Shown: positions 19,508 through 30,239, numbered from the stretch's first letter. The stretch is 64,000 bases of DNA from Spirochaetia bacterium (GCA_963677925.2 CAXXYH010000003.1:896001-960000); one strand, 5' to 3'. Notes: generated from the sequence alone by a model not told the origin. Numbers and translations are program-made.

Positions 19508-20179
19508 TTATTCAATCTCGACAATTTTAAAATCAAGTGCCTTTACTACATCTGCTTCTGTATTTTCCAACACATATTCGGCTGTATATGGCGCAAAAAC
19601 TTCCTGCATAATAAATTTTCCGTCTTTTATCCGGAAAACACCAACATCAGTTACAAGGTAATCCACCTGAGCAGCAGCGGTAAGAGGAAGAGTACACTGA
19701 CGAAGGAGCTTTGAACCGCCGTTTTTATCAAAATGAACGCCGGCGCAGATTACAACCTTGGCTCCGACGGTAAGATCCATTGCTCCGCCCATTCCGGGAA
19801 CCATCTTTCCAGGAATCTTATAGTTTGCAAGATTTCCGTTCTGATCGACCTGAAGAACACCAAGAACTGTATAATCAACATGTCCTCCGCGAATAATACC
19901 GAAAGAAGTGGCTGAATCAAAATAGCAGCCTCCGCTCAGCATTGTGACAGGCATTCCGCCGGCGTTCTCAAGAAAGGGGATTTCCTGCCCCGCCTCCGGT
20001 GCCGGTCCAAGTCCGAGAAAACCGTTCTCTGACTGAAGTGTAACATCAACATCATCCGGAACATAATTTCCGACAAGTGTCGGCAGCCCGATTCCAAGAT
20101 TAACTACATCTCCGGAGCTGAAAAACCGTGCAATTCTCTTTGCAATAATATTTTTATTCGGCTTATATTCCATTGTCAT
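19508..20179 (-). CDS. atoA: Acetate/3-oxoacid CoA-transferase beta subunit
   Basis: VNLGIGLPT, catalytic LQSENG, GGHVD, PGMGGAMDL. Confidence 0.93.
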   Translation of the reverse strand: MTMEYKPNKNIIAKRIARFFSSGDVVNLGIGLPTLVGNYVPDDVDVTLQSENGFLGLGPAPEAGQEIPFLENAGGMPVTMLSGGCYFDSATSFGIIRGGHVDYTVLGVLQVDQNGNLANYKIPGKMVPGMGGAMDLTVGAKVVICAGVHFDKNGGSKLLRQCTLPLTAAAQVDYLVTDVGVFRIKDGKFIMQEVFAPYTAEYVLENTEADVVKALDFKIVEIE

Positions 20180-20850
20180 GCTCCTTTAACCAGTACTTTT
20201 ACGAATACAGAAGGAGTAACAACAACTTCAGGATCCAGTTCGCCAATCTCGACTATTTCATCAGCTTCTACAATAACAAGGTCGCATGCCATAGCCATAA
20301 GCGGATTGAAATTACGTGCTGATTTTGAGTAAACCAGATTGCCTGCTTTATCAGCTTTAGCTGCCCGGATGAGAGCGACATCACCTTTAAGAGCCTTTTC
20401 AATCAGGTACTTTACACCATTTATTTCATGAACAGCCTTACCTTCTTCAACCTCGGTGCCTACTCCGGTTGGGGTGAGGATTCCTCCAAGACCGCAGCCT
20501 GCAGCTCTGATCTGCTCTGCAAGGGTACCCTGGGGAATAAGTTCAACCTCGGTTTCTCCGGCTATCATCTGCCTCTGAACCTCGGCATTCAGGCCGATAT
20601 GGGTTGCTATAACCTTAGAAAACTGCTTCTCAGCAACATTAATTGCAACGCCTTCTATTTTACCTGCAGCCTCATTATGCCAGCCGCAGTCGTTGCCGAC
20701 CATTGTGAAGTTTTTTCTGCCTGAGGCCTTTAATTCCTCAAGCAGCTTCGGCGGTGAGCCGCAGCCCATGAAGCCGCCGACCATAATCACTGCGTTGTCA
20801 GGAATCAGTTTGACCGCTTCAGCCGCAGTTAAAATCTGCTTTTCTACCAT
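20176..20850 (-). CDS. atoD: Acetate/3-oxoacid CoA-transferase alpha subunit
   Basis: IMVGGFMGCG.P, PQGTLAEQIRA, TPTGVGT, ARNFNP. Confidence 0.93.
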   Translation of the reverse strand: MVEKQILTAAEAVKLIPDNAVIMVGGFMGCGSPPKLLEELKASGRKNFTMVGNDCGWHNEAAGKIEGVAINVAEKQFSKVIATHIGLNAEVQRQMIAGETEVELIPQGTLAEQIRAAGCGLGGILTPTGVGTEVEEGKAVHEINGVKYLIEKALKGDVALIRAAKADKAGNLVYSKSARNFNPLMAMACDLVIVEADEIVEIGELDPEVVVTPSVFVKVLVKGA

Positions 20851-20862
20851 AAACGTCTCTCC

Positions 20863-22041
20863 CTACATCTCTACGCAGAGTGCGGCACCCATGCCACCTC
20901 CGATACAGAGTGTTGCAAGGCCCTTACTGAGATTACGCTTTTTCATTTCATAAACCAGTGTAGTCAGGATTCTGGTACCGCTGGCGCCTATTGGATGGCC
21001 TATTGCAATTGCTCCGCCGTTCACGTTTACTATAGAGGTATCCCAGCCGAGAGCCTTATTTACCGAAATTGCCTGAGCGGCAAAGGCCTCATTAGCTTCA
21101 ACAAGCTGAAGATCCGAAACACTCCAGCCGGCCTTTTTAAGTGCAGTTTTAACTGCATCAACCGGACCGAATCCCATAATAGAAGGATCAACTCCTGCAT
21201 AGCCGTATGATGCGACCCGGGCAAGCGGCTGCAGTTTTCTTTCTTTAACAAAATCACCTGATGCAACAATAAATCCCGCTGCTCCGTCGTTTATGCCCGA
21301 AGCGTTTCCAGCCGTTACGGTACCGTCCTTTTTAAAGGCAGGTTTAAGTTTTCCTAGAGATTCTGCTGTTACTCCGTCGCGTATAAACTCGTCATTTTCA
21401 AAAATGACAGGTTCACCCTTTCGCTGAGGGATTACAACAGGAATGATCTCATCCTTGAATTTCCCCGCGTTTCTAGCAGCCTCAGCCTTATTCTGCGAAG
21501 CAGCGGCAAAGGCATCCTGCTCTTCACGACTTATGTTGTATTTTTCAGCAAGATTCTCTGCAGTTATTCCCATATGGTAATTATTGAAAATATCCCAAAG
21601 GCCGTCATGTACCATAGTATCGACAATTTTATTGTCGCCCATCCGATAGCCGTTTCTCGCTCCGGGTAGAGCATATGGAGCCATTGACATATTCTCTGTA
21701 CCGCCGGCAATTATCATATCAGCATCACCGCACATTACACTCTGTGATGCCAGCATGATACTCCGGAGGCCTGAACCGCATACCATATTTATAGTATATG
21801 CAGTTTTCTCCACCGGAATTCCGGCCTTAATCAGAGCCTGACGGCTGATATTCTGGCCAAGTGCAGTTTGAAGAACGCAGCCGAGTACGACCTCGTCAAC
21901 GTCTTCCGGTTTTAGACCCTGACGATCCAGCAGGGCCTTAATTACAGTTGCAGCGGTGTCAGCCGGGTTAACGGCTGACAGGCTTCCGCTGAAAGAACCG
22001 ACGGCGGTTCGTCCGCCGTCAACTAGAAATACATCTTTCAT
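20863..22041 (-). CDS. atoB: Acetyl-CoA acetyltransferase (thiolase)
   Basis: [29 protein letters not shown]. Confidence 0.96.
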   Translation of the reverse strand: MKDVFLVDGGRTAVGSFSGSLSAVNPADTAATVIKALLDRQGLKPEDVDEVVLGCVLQTALGQNISRQALIKAGIPVEKTAYTINMVCGSGLRSIMLASQSVMCGDADMIIAGGTENMSMAPYALPGARNGYRMGDNKIVDTMVHDGLWDIFNNYHMGITAENLAEKYNISREEQDAFAAASQNKAEAARNAGKFKDEIIPVVIPQRKGEPVIFENDEFIRDGVTAESLGKLKPAFKKDGTVTAGNASGINDGAAGFIVASGDFVKERKLQPLARVASYGYAGVDPSIMGFGPVDAVKTALKKAGWSVSDLQLVEANEAFAAQAISVNKALGWDTSIVNVNGGAIAIGHPIGASGTRILTTLVYEMKKRNLSKGLATLCIGGGMGAALCVEM

Positions 22042-22050
22042 TTAAATCCT

Positions 22051-23382
22051 CTAAAAAGCAAACAACATGAAAAGTGAAATTACAATTCCCGTATAGAGAA
22101 GTATTACGGTTGTATAGCCCATGATATCCCTGATATTAAGCTTGGCTACGCCGAGCAGAGGGAGGGCCCAGAAAGGCTGAATCATGTTGGTCCACGCATC
22201 ACCCCAGGCTACGGCCATTGAAGTTGATGCAAATGATACACCAAGCTGTTTTGCTGCAGGAATCATAATTGGACCCTGAACACCCCACTGACCACCGCCT
22301 GAAGGAACAAAAAAGTTAACTACACCGGCTGACAGGAAGGTAAAAAACGGAAATGTTGTATCGTTTGAAATATTTACAAAGCCCTGTGAGAAGGTACTTG
22401 CCAGACCGCTGTTTATCATCATACCCATGATACCTGCGTAGAACGGGAACTGAAGAACAACACCGCCTACTCCTTTGGTAGCTTCAACCACGGCGCGTAC
22501 GTATCTGATAGGAGTCTTGTGAAGAAGGATACCTACGATGAGGAAGATAAAGTTAACAATATTTAGTGATATTGTACCGCCCTTTATAAAGTAGTAAACG
22601 ATATAAACAAGACCGATAGCTCCGATGATAATTGAAAGAATCATGTTATTCTCAAGCTTTTCAGCAGGAGTCATGTCCTTCTTATCCTTAACTACTTCTT
22701 CTTCCTCGTCTGCAAACAGATTAGGGGCTACTTCAAAAACCTCTTCCTTATTTTTCGGATGCATGAATCGGTTGATGATCGGCATTGTAACGACAAGCAG
22801 AACAACAAGGATAAGGTTCTGTACTGAAAAAATTGTCTCTGATGCAGGGACAATAGCTCCGTCTGCAAACTTTTCCATGATTGAATCAGCACCTGCAATT
22901 TTCAGCGGAATAGAAGCTGAAAGACCTGCGTGCCAGACTACGAATCCGCTGTATGCAGCAGCAACGAGAAGCGGATAGTGAATACCGCGTACAGTTTTTG
23001 CAAGTTCTTTTGCAAGAAGAGCACCGATAATAAGACCGAAACCCCAGTTAAGCCAGCAGCAGATTGCAGCTACGAAAGAAACAAGTACGATAGCCTGTGT
23101 AGGAGTTTTTGCAACTTTTGCAATGCTCTTTAAGAGCGAATGCACAGGTTTGGAAGTAGCCATTGCACTTCCGGTTACAATAATCAGGGCCATCTGCATT
23201 GAGAAAGCAAGAAATGCCCACATTCCTCCGCCAAAGTAACCTGTCATTGCTATAAAACTCTGACCTTCAACTACCATACCAAGAACGAATACGATTAGAG
23301 ACAGGATCAAAGCAAACAGGAATGCATCAGGCAGCCACCTTCGGGCTACTTTTGCGAAAAAATTCCCTAAGACACGAATCAT
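22051..23382 (-). CDS. atoE: Short-chain fatty acid transporter
   Basis: LPDAFLFA, FSMQM, QFPFYAGIMG, PSGGGQW, AWGDAWTNMIQPFWALP. Confidence 0.95.
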   Translation of the reverse strand: MIRVLGNFFAKVARRWLPDAFLFALILSLIVFVLGMVVEGQSFIAMTGYFGGGMWAFLAFSMQMALIIVTGSAMATSKPVHSLLKSIAKVAKTPTQAIVLVSFVAAICCWLNWGFGLIIGALLAKELAKTVRGIHYPLLVAAAYSGFVVWHAGLSASIPLKIAGADSIMEKFADGAIVPASETIFSVQNLILVVLLVVTMPIINRFMHPKNKEEVFEVAPNLFADEEEEVVKDKKDMTPAEKLENNMILSIIIGAIGLVYIVYYFIKGGTISLNIVNFIFLIVGILLHKTPIRYVRAVVEATKGVGGVVLQFPFYAGIMGMMINSGLASTFSQGFVNISNDTTFPFFTFLSAGVVNFFVPSGGGQWGVQGPIMIPAAKQLGVSFASTSMAVAWGDAWTNMIQPFWALPLLGVAKLNIRDIMGYTTVILLYTGIVISLFMLFAF

Positions 23383-23416
23383 TTGAGACCTCCATTAATG
23401 ATTTGTGCCCCTTATA

Positions 23417-23432
23417 TGCATTTTTGATGCCA
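23417..23432 (-). promoter_or_regulatory. sigma54 (-24/-12) promoter of atoEBDA
   Basis: Minus strand TGGCATCAAAAATGCA, with GG-N10-GC spacing. Adjacent to a sigma54 activator gene. Confidence 0.9.
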
Positions 23433-23547
23433 GAACCGCAGTTTTTGATAATTTTTTATTTATTTTTTTTAATTTATTATAGAGTAGTTATTTACAGTGA
23501 TGGTGTTTTTCAGCTTTAAAACTTGCTCAATATAAACTGCAGCTTAA

Positions 23548-23586
23548 TCTGCAAATTCTTTCATCATGTCTGCAATTTTTTGCAGA
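23548..23586. promoter_or_regulatory. Two tandem upstream activator (AtoC-like) sites
   Basis: Perfect TCTGCAA-TTTT-TTGCAGA (23569-23586) and degenerate TCTGCAAATTCTTTCATC (23548-23565), 21 bp apart. An AT-rich tract lies between them and the promoter. Confidence 0.7.
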
Positions 23587-23588
23587 GG

Positions 23589-24929
23589 CTAATCCTGGAT
23601 GTCATAGTAATTAAGCCGGTAATGCAGGGTGCGGATGCTGATCCCAAGCGCTTCAGCAGTCGAAGCCCTGTTTCCCCCATTTTCAGACAGCGCCTGCAGT
23701 ATCAATTTTTTCTCATAAGCATCCATCTGAAACTTCAGGTCGCCTGAACAGTTTATTTTATCAGAACTTCCTTCATCAATATTCTCAAGCTTCATCTCAC
23801 CGTTTTCACTGTAAATGTATGCCTGCTCCAGAATATTCTTCAGCTCCCTCGTATTTCCCGGCCAGCTGCAGCGCTGCAGCTGAAGCATCTGCTCCTTGTT
23901 CAGCCAGGCTGAACGCTCGCCGTACCTTGCATTAAACATCTTCATGAAATGCGAAGCAAGAAGAGGAATATCTACGGCTCGCTCTCTTAAAGGCGGGATG
24001 TCAAATTTGATAACATTCAGTCTGTAAAAAAGGTCCTTCCGGAAAGTCCCCTTCTCAATTTCTTCTTCCAGCTTCCGGTTTGTCAGGGCGATTATTCGAA
24101 CATGAACACTCTTTTGATGTCGCCCTCCGACACGGTAAAAACTTTTATCCTGAAGAAAACTTAACAGCTTGGCCTGAATATTAATTGGAATCTCAGAGAT
24201 TTCATCAAGTATCAATGTGCCGCCGTCAGCATCTTCCACCCTTCCGGATTTACTTTCAACAGCTCCGGTAAACGCACCTTTCTCGTGCCCGAAAAGTTCG
24301 GATTCAAAAAGTGTTTCTGAAAGCGTGGCACAGTTTACATACACAAGCGGAGCGGTCGATGCATTCAGAGTATGATGAATCTGATGAGCAAGTATATTCT
24401 TGCCGGTGCCGGTTTCTCCGGTGATAAGCACCGGGACATCGGTATCAGCAAGCTTGAAGATCCGCCCCTTTATAATCTTTATTTCCGGGCTTTCACCTAT
24501 GAATTCCTGAAAGTAATTACACTCCTGCTGCATCCTTTTAAGAATCATATTCTCCCTGTTGACTTCCCGGAAGTCCAGGCAGCGATCTACCGCAATGGTT
24601 ATGCTGTCGACATCGAACGGTTTGGTTATAAAATCATAGGCGCCTGATTTGATTGTAGAAACAGCATTATCGATTGTGCCGAGAGCTGTTATTATAATTA
24701 TTTCAACACCTTCAGAGAGCTTTTTAAGAGGAATAATAAGATCAGCTCCGTTTGCATCAGGAAGCTTAAGATCTAGAATGATTACATCAGGCTGGAAATT
24801 TCTGGCGGCATCAACAGCCTCAGCACCATTTGCTGCAGTTTCAACTTCAAACCTGTCGGTTCTAAAAAGTTCTGAAAGAAAAACCCTGACATTCTTCTCA
24901 TCGTCAACTATAAGCAGCTTATGTTTCAT
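23589..24929 (-). CDS. atoC: sigma54-dependent response regulator (AtoC/NtrC family)
   Basis: Receiver domain, GETGTGK, ESELFGHEKGAFTGA, FRKDLFYRLNV, Fis-type HTH. Context is the ato operon. Confidence 0.9.
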   Translation of the reverse strand: MKHKLLIVDDEKNVRVFLSELFRTDRFEVETAANGAEAVDAARNFQPDVIILDLKLPDANGADLIIPLKKLSEGVEIIIITALGTIDNAVSTIKSGAYDFITKPFDVDSITIAVDRCLDFREVNRENMILKRMQQECNYFQEFIGESPEIKIIKGRIFKLADTDVPVLITGETGTGKNILAHQIHHTLNASTAPLVYVNCATLSETLFESELFGHEKGAFTGAVESKSGRVEDADGGTLILDEISEIPINIQAKLLSFLQDKSFYRVGGRHQKSVHVRIIALTNRKLEEEIEKGTFRKDLFYRLNVIKFDIPPLRERAVDIPLLASHFMKMFNARYGERSAWLNKEQMLQLQRCSWPGNTRELKNILEQAYIYSENGEMKLENIDEGSSDKINCSGDLKFQMDAYEKKLILQALSENGGNRASTAEALGISIRTLHYRLNYYDIQD

Positions 24930-26778
24930 CTATGGTCTCCAGTATTTTCCGGTTGAATGTAACGGTAAACTCAGTGTATTCACCGGGAACAGAATCAGCG
25001 GTTATGCTTCCGCGATGTTTTTCCATTATCTCGGCACAGAGAGAAAGCCCGAAACCGGACCCCTCAGGTTTTGTTGTAAAAAATGGAGTGAATATCTTTG
25101 CAAGCGTATCAGCTGCTATCCCCGGCCCGTTGTCCCGGATTCTGATATTTACATCCTCATCACCGCTGACAAGGGCAATTTCAATCCGGCCGGGCGTCCC
25201 TGTCTTTTCACTGCCGTTTCCTCTTATGGCGTCGACGCTGTTTTTCACAAGGTTGTCCAGCAGCTGGGTAATTTTATTCTTATCGATACGGATAAAACAT
25301 TCACTGGAAGGGCCGGTATCCGAGGTGAAATCTATATCCTGATAAACACTCCGGTAAATTATCAGCAGCTCCTGCAAAAGTCCGGTAATGCTGACCGTTT
25401 CAGGCTGAAGTCTGAAACGCCCGCCGTAAATGAGCATTTCATTCAGCAGACCGTTTACCCTCTGCAGTTCCTCGTTTATCAGCGAGAAGAAGTATTCGCG
25501 CCGTTCTTCAGGAAGCTCGCGTTTCTGAATCAGCTGTGTAAAGCCTTTGACAGCTGTTAACGGGTTTTTAATCTCATGGGCGACATTAAGCCCCATCTCT
25601 CCAAGAGCCGCCATTCTTTCATTTTCTTTAAGCTGACGCTCATACTGCCTGACTATCGTAACATCCCTGAAAACAAAGACCACGCCAAGGCGCTCGGCAA
25701 GGTCACTTCTTATCGCATTGCTGGAAACCTCCATAATACGTTCTTTATCAGCCAGGATTCTGTTGGCCAGACCGGGACCGGAGTTCAGCCCCTCTCTTAA
25801 AAGAGACAATAGAGGATCCCTGAAGATTTTATTCATATCTTCACCGACAATTTCATTGCTGCCGACATCGAAAAGCGTCCTGAATGAAGGATTAACCAGT
25901 GCAATGGTGCCGGATTCGGTAAGTGCCAGAACACCGTTTACAACGCTGTCCAGAACATAGCGGTTATATGATTTGAAGTATGCAACACTGTTGGAAAGCT
26001 CATTTACTTTCTGCACGATTATATTCAGTTCACCGTGAATCTCGGGAAGCCTGTACATCGGCTGCGTAATAACCTGCTGGATACCGTCACGGATTATATC
26101 AATCTGACCTATAAAACCTCTGGTAATGGCAACTACTGCAAGATAGATAATAAAGAAAATAAGAATGATAAGAAGAAAGACCTGATTAAGAATTCTGTTC
26201 ATCTGCATCGATATATCGGACATGGTCTCATTAGCCCAGATGTAGCCAATTACAGCCCCGCTTCGGATAATGGGAATCATACAGTTGAGAATCTTACCCC
26301 TTACCAGTTCTCCTTCCTGGACTATGGGTTCTCCAAGTTCCATGACTTCATAGCCCTGATGCCCCTCAAAAATCGGCTGTCCTACCGTATGCTGAAACTC
26401 GGAACTCGGTCCGTATGTGATAATTGCATCAAGCTCCCTGCTGTAGTAGCCCACCCCAACACCATCAATACCCGAGGCTACAAAATCGGTGATCGGAGCA
26501 AGCTGTTCATTGAGAATTTTTATTTTTTCTTTACGTGAAGAATCCTGAGCCCCTGCTTCCAGAAGTATATCCGAGTATGTTCCTTCAAGAGCATGATCAA
26601 GCTGATGGGTCAGACCGAAGAGCAGTCTTTCTTTTTCATCAAGCAGATCACGTGTAATTATCATCTTCAGGGAAATCTCAATTGCGGCAAAGCCGATTAA
26701 GATAATACAGAAAATAATAAACAGGAGTCTTAACGTAAAATTATGTCTGATAGTATCGATAATCCTGGTCCGGGACAA
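24919..26778 (-). CDS. atoS: Sensor histidine kinase (AtoS-like)
   Basis: Two TM segments, PAS, AHEIKNPL, DNGPGI, FFTTK..GSGFGL. Overlaps atoC. Confidence 0.88.
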   Translation of the reverse strand: MSRTRIIDTIRHNFTLRLLFIIFCIILIGFAAIEISLKMIITRDLLDEKERLLFGLTHQLDHALEGTYSDILLEAGAQDSSRKEKIKILNEQLAPITDFVASGIDGVGVGYYSRELDAIITYGPSSEFQHTVGQPIFEGHQGYEVMELGEPIVQEGELVRGKILNCMIPIIRSGAVIGYIWANETMSDISMQMNRILNQVFLLIILIFFIIYLAVVAITRGFIGQIDIIRDGIQQVITQPMYRLPEIHGELNIIVQKVNELSNSVAYFKSYNRYVLDSVVNGVLALTESGTIALVNPSFRTLFDVGSNEIVGEDMNKIFRDPLLSLLREGLNSGPGLANRILADKERIMEVSSNAIRSDLAERLGVVFVFRDVTIVRQYERQLKENERMAALGEMGLNVAHEIKNPLTAVKGFTQLIQKRELPEERREYFFSLINEELQRVNGLLNEMLIYGGRFRLQPETVSITGLLQELLIIYRSVYQDIDFTSDTGPSSECFIRIDKNKITQLLDNLVKNSVDAIRGNGSEKTGTPGRIEIALVSGDEDVNIRIRDNGPGIAADTLAKIFTPFFTTKPEGSGFGLSLCAEIMEKHRGSITADSVPGEYTEFTVTFNRKILETIDET

Positions 26779-26879
26779 ATTTGTATCCTGTAAGATTAGA
26801 GTTGAGTTCAGGATAACCGGAAAAACTTAAACTGTAAATAATTTCCGGGTATCCCGCATATTAATGGTTAGTTGAAATT

Positions 26880-28316
26880 TTACTTTTCCGCTTCTATCAT
26901 AAACTTGGAAACAGTATTAATCTCAATCAAATTTGACTCATTGCTTATTTTCGGGGGTGAACCTGCAAGGACAAGAACAAGATCATCAGGTTGAACAAGG
27001 TCATTGAGTACAAGGCTTCGAACCGCTTTTGATATAAGCTGGTCAGTATTTGCAGGAAGTTCCATCAGCTTCGGGTACAGTCCGTAAGAAAGAGAAAGTT
27101 CTCTCGCAACACGCATTTCATGACATCTGACATAGATGGGAATCTTACCCCGAAAGGAGGATAGAAGACGTGCAGTGAGCCCTGAATAGGTGTGAACGAT
27201 GATGGCCTTGACAGGAAGTTTATCAGATGCCTGAATTGCACTTTTAGCCAGAAATTTACGAACGTCACCGCCCTGGCCCACAAGATCATGCTTCCAGATG
27301 TCCTTTCGGTATTCTTCGGCAGCTTTTGCCACCCTTGCCATTGTTGCAACACTCTCAAGCGGATACTTGCCGTAGGCTGTCTCGCCGCTGAGCATAAGTG
27401 CTGAAGTCCCGTCAAGAACAGCATTTGCGATGTCGCTGACTTCCGCTCTGGTCGGTCGCGGATTCTCAATCATGGACTGAAGCATCTGGGTTGCTGTAAT
27501 AACCGGTTTAGCTCTTTTTACGCAGATCTTTATAAGCCGCTTCTGAATCGGGGGGACTTCCTCAGCTGGAATTTCAATACCGAGATCACCCCTTGCAACC
27601 ATCAGTCCGTGACATGCTTCAATAATTTCAACAGCATTATCAACACCTTCCCGGTTTTCAATTTTTGCAATAATTTTAACATTGGAATCGGTCTCCCGGA
27701 GGATTTCAGCTATTTCCTCAATATCTCCAGCGTTTCTTACAAAAGAGTGGGCAATAAAATCAATACCGTTTTCTGCTGCAAAACGCACAAATGCCCGGTC
27801 CTTGTCCGTAAGCGACGGCAGATTAAGATGAACACCCGGAATATTAACACTCTTACGGTTTTTAACTGTTCCGCTATTGCCGGCCTCTGCAGTAATAAAG
27901 CCGTCACCGATTGATTTCACAGTAAACAGAATATCACCGTCATCTATCAGTATTGTTGCTCCTGCCGGAATATCATCGGATACCTGCCTGTAGGATACTG
28001 AAATAACAGGATACTCATTTCCTGACTTGGGAACCCAGTTTTCAGGGGCAAACAAAACAGTATCACCTGTTTCAACCTTAATTCCATCGTCCCCTATTCC
28101 GGCAGTCCTTACTTCGGGGCCTTTTGTATCGATTAGAATTCCCGCAAACTCCGAAACGGCACGGATATTCTTAATTACTTTCATTGAGTCTTCAGGGCTC
28201 TGGTGTGCGGTATTAAGCCTGAATACATCAACTCCACGATCTACAAGCTCTTTGATAAAATCCACATCACAGTGTCTGTCAGAAACAGTAGCCACTATCT
28301 TTGTCTGTTTTTTCAT
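26880..28316 (-). CDS. pyk: Pyruvate kinase
   Basis: TKIVAT, DTKGPEVRT, IIAKIEN, MVARGDLG, TATQML, MLSGETA. Start moved to 28316 on the basis of SD GGGAGA. Confidence 0.97.
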   Translation of the reverse strand: MKKQTKIVATVSDRHCDVDFIKELVDRGVDVFRLNTAHQSPEDSMKVIKNIRAVSEFAGILIDTKGPEVRTAGIGDDGIKVETGDTVLFAPENWVPKSGNEYPVISVSYRQVSDDIPAGATILIDDGDILFTVKSIGDGFITAEAGNSGTVKNRKSVNIPGVHLNLPSLTDKDRAFVRFAAENGIDFIAHSFVRNAGDIEEIAEILRETDSNVKIIAKIENREGVDNAVEIIEACHGLMVARGDLGIEIPAEEVPPIQKRLIKICVKRAKPVITATQMLQSMIENPRPTRAEVSDIANAVLDGTSALMLSGETAYGKYPLESVATMARVAKAAEEYRKDIWKHDLVGQGGDVRKFLAKSAIQASDKLPVKAIIVHTYSGLTARLLSSFRGKIPIYVRCHEMRVARELSLSYGLYPKLMELPANTDQLISKAVRSLVLNDLVQPDDLVLVLAGSPPKISNESNLIEINTVSKFMIEAEK

Positions 28317-28410
28317 AAAATCTCCCAATAATTCTTCAACTGTAATTATAATAGATCTTGCTCTCATGGTAAACTTAGACAAATGTTCATTTTAATCAGA
28401 AGGAGATCTT

Positions 28411-28563
28411 TTGTCTGAAATAACGATCTTTTACTTATCAGAAACAGAAAATCCACGGCGGGCGGCAGTTGCATTCGATGCCTGCGATGGTACAACTTCT
28501 GTCCCGAACATGCTATTATGTAACGGGGGACGCTTTACAGACTTGACCCCGTGGAACTTATAA
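28411..28563 (+). CDS. Candidate 50-aa small ORF preceding the ABC operon
   Basis: SD AAGGAG then TTG. Open for 50 codons (MSEITIFYLSETENPRRAAVAFDACDGTTSVPNMLLCNGGRFTDLTPWNL). Stop is 1 nt before the next start. Confidence 0.4.
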   Translation: MSEITIFYLSETENPRRAAVAFDACDGTTSVPNMLLCNGGRFTDLTPWNL

Positions 28564-28564
28564 T

Positions 28565-29377
28565 TTGAGAAGAATTTTCAGCCTTATACAGAAATTTAAG
28601 TCAGAACATCCCGGGTTATATTCTGCAGCAATCTTTATCATTTTAAGCGCTCTTCTTGTATTCATCCTGCTGCCGGGAATAAATAACCTTAATTACAGAT
28701 GGCAGTGGTACCGGATTGATGACTACATCATTAAAACCGACATTTCAGGTATCCATCCAGGGCCTCTTCTACAGGGACTAGGCATCACAATATTGATATC
28801 AGCAGCATCGCTTGTTCTTGCTGTTATATTCGGTTTTATTTCAGCACTGTTCAGACTTTCAGATTCCTTTACAGCACGAATAAGTTCAAGAATCTACATA
28901 GAGGCTGTCAGGAATACTCCGCTGCTTATTCAGCTTTTTATGATGTATTTTGTTGTAGCCCCGGTCCTTGGAATGGACCGTATCTTCACTGCAGTTCTGA
29001 CGCTCAGCCTCTTTGAAGGCGCCTACACATCCGAAATCATCCGCTCCGGGATACTCGCTATTGAAAAAGGTCAGTGGGAAGCCGGGTACAGCCTGGCAAT
29101 GACAAAGACTTCGGTTTACCGGTATATAATTCTGCCCCAGACTATTCCAAAAATTATGCCTGTAATTGCCGGACAGCTCATATCGCTAATTAAAGATTCA
29201 GCACTTGTTTCAACGATAGCAATATATGAACTTACAATGCAGGGACAGGTGATAATAGCAGAAACTTTCCTCACTTTCGAGATTTGGTTTACTGTAGCCG
29301 CCGGATATCTTATATTGAATACAGGGCTTTCGCTCTTATTGAAAAAGTTCGAGAAACAAATTGGAGGATTTAAATGA
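28565..29377 (+). CDS. Polar amino acid ABC transporter permease
   Basis: RNTPLLIQL, GAYTSEIIRSGI..GQWEA, LIKDSAL. Confidence 0.93.
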   Translation: MRRIFSLIQKFKSEHPGLYSAAIFIILSALLVFILLPGINNLNYRWQWYRIDDYIIKTDISGIHPGPLLQGLGITILISAASLVLAVIFGFISALFRLSDSFTARISSRIYIEAVRNTPLLIQLFMMYFVVAPVLGMDRIFTAVLTLSLFEGAYTSEIIRSGILAIEKGQWEAGYSLAMTKTSVYRYIILPQTIPKIMPVIAGQLISLIKDSALVSTIAIYELTMQGQVIIAETFLTFEIWFTVAAGYLILNTGLSLLLKKFEKQIGGFK

Positions 29378-30234
29378 AAATTCAGAAATTTAAAACGCTT
29401 CCGTTACTGCTTCTTTTAACTGTAGTAATCATATTTTCAGGCTGCTCAAAGAGTTCAGACGAAGGCACATCATCCGCCGCCGAAGCACAAACTGACCAGC
29501 TTGAACAGATCCTCAGGGAAGGGACCCTTAAAGTAGGTCTTTCAACCTTTGTGCCATGGGCAATGCTGGACAAAAGCGGTGAGCTTGTAGGATTTGAGGT
29601 TGATGTAGCCAAAAAACTGGCTGAAGATATCGGTGTAGAAATTGAGTTCATACAGACAAAGTGGTCGGGAATCATCCCCGCCCTGCTTACGGGTAAATTT
29701 GACATCATAATCGGCGGTATGTCGGTTACACCGGAAAGAAATATATCAGTCAACTTTACAGATGCATACGAATACAGCGGACAGTCCATTGTGGCTAACC
29801 TTGAAACTGCCGGAGGGCTGACCTCGCTCGATGATTTTAATAACAAGGACATCGTTATTGCCGTCAGAACCGGAAGTACCGGAGCAACAGCGGCAAAACA
29901 GTTTATGCCTGAAGCCCAATTACGCATGTTCGACGACGAACCCCAGGGCATTCAGGAGCTTATTAACGGCAGAGTTGACGCCTGGGTATCCGCCTTCCCT
30001 TTTCCGCAGCTCCAGGCAGAGAAGTATCCGGATAAACTTTATATCCCGATTGACCCTGAAATATTCAGAAACGAACCCATTGCCTTCGCCGTTCGAAAGG
30101 GAGAGCATGATTTCATGAACTTCCTGAATAACTGGATTGCACTCAAGTGGGCTGACGGCTTTCTTGATGAACGCTACAGATACTGGTTCATGTCGGACGA
30201 ATGGGCTGACCAGGTTGATGTTTCAGCGGAATAA
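29374..30234 (+). CDS. Amino acid ABC transporter substrate-binding lipoprotein (family 3)
   Basis: Lipobox FSGC, GFEVDVA, W.GIIPAL.TGKFDIIIGGMSVTPER. Confidence 0.93.
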   Translation: MKIQKFKTLPLLLLLTVVIIFSGCSKSSDEGTSSAAEAQTDQLEQILREGTLKVGLSTFVPWAMLDKSGELVGFEVDVAKKLAEDIGVEIEFIQTKWSGIIPALLTGKFDIIIGGMSVTPERNISVNFTDAYEYSGQSIVANLETAGGLTSLDDFNNKDIVIAVRTGSTGATAAKQFMPEAQLRMFDDEPQGIQELINGRVDAWVSAFPFPQLQAEKYPDKLYIPIDPEIFRNEPIAFAVRKGEHDFMNFLNNWIALKWADGFLDERYRYWFMSDEWADQVDVSAE

Positions 30235-30239
30235 TTCTA

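Noticed and set aside
24649-25560. 303-aa plus-strand ORF
   Set aside because: It is antisense to atoS/atoC and has no recognisable motif. The many other short ORFs nested in or opposite confident genes were rejected for the same reason.
28317-28382. Extended N-termini given by the ORF track (pyk, and likewise 33513, 33546, 47120, 61586, 63869)
   Set aside because: Downstream starts have better SD sequences or match the expected family N-termini.
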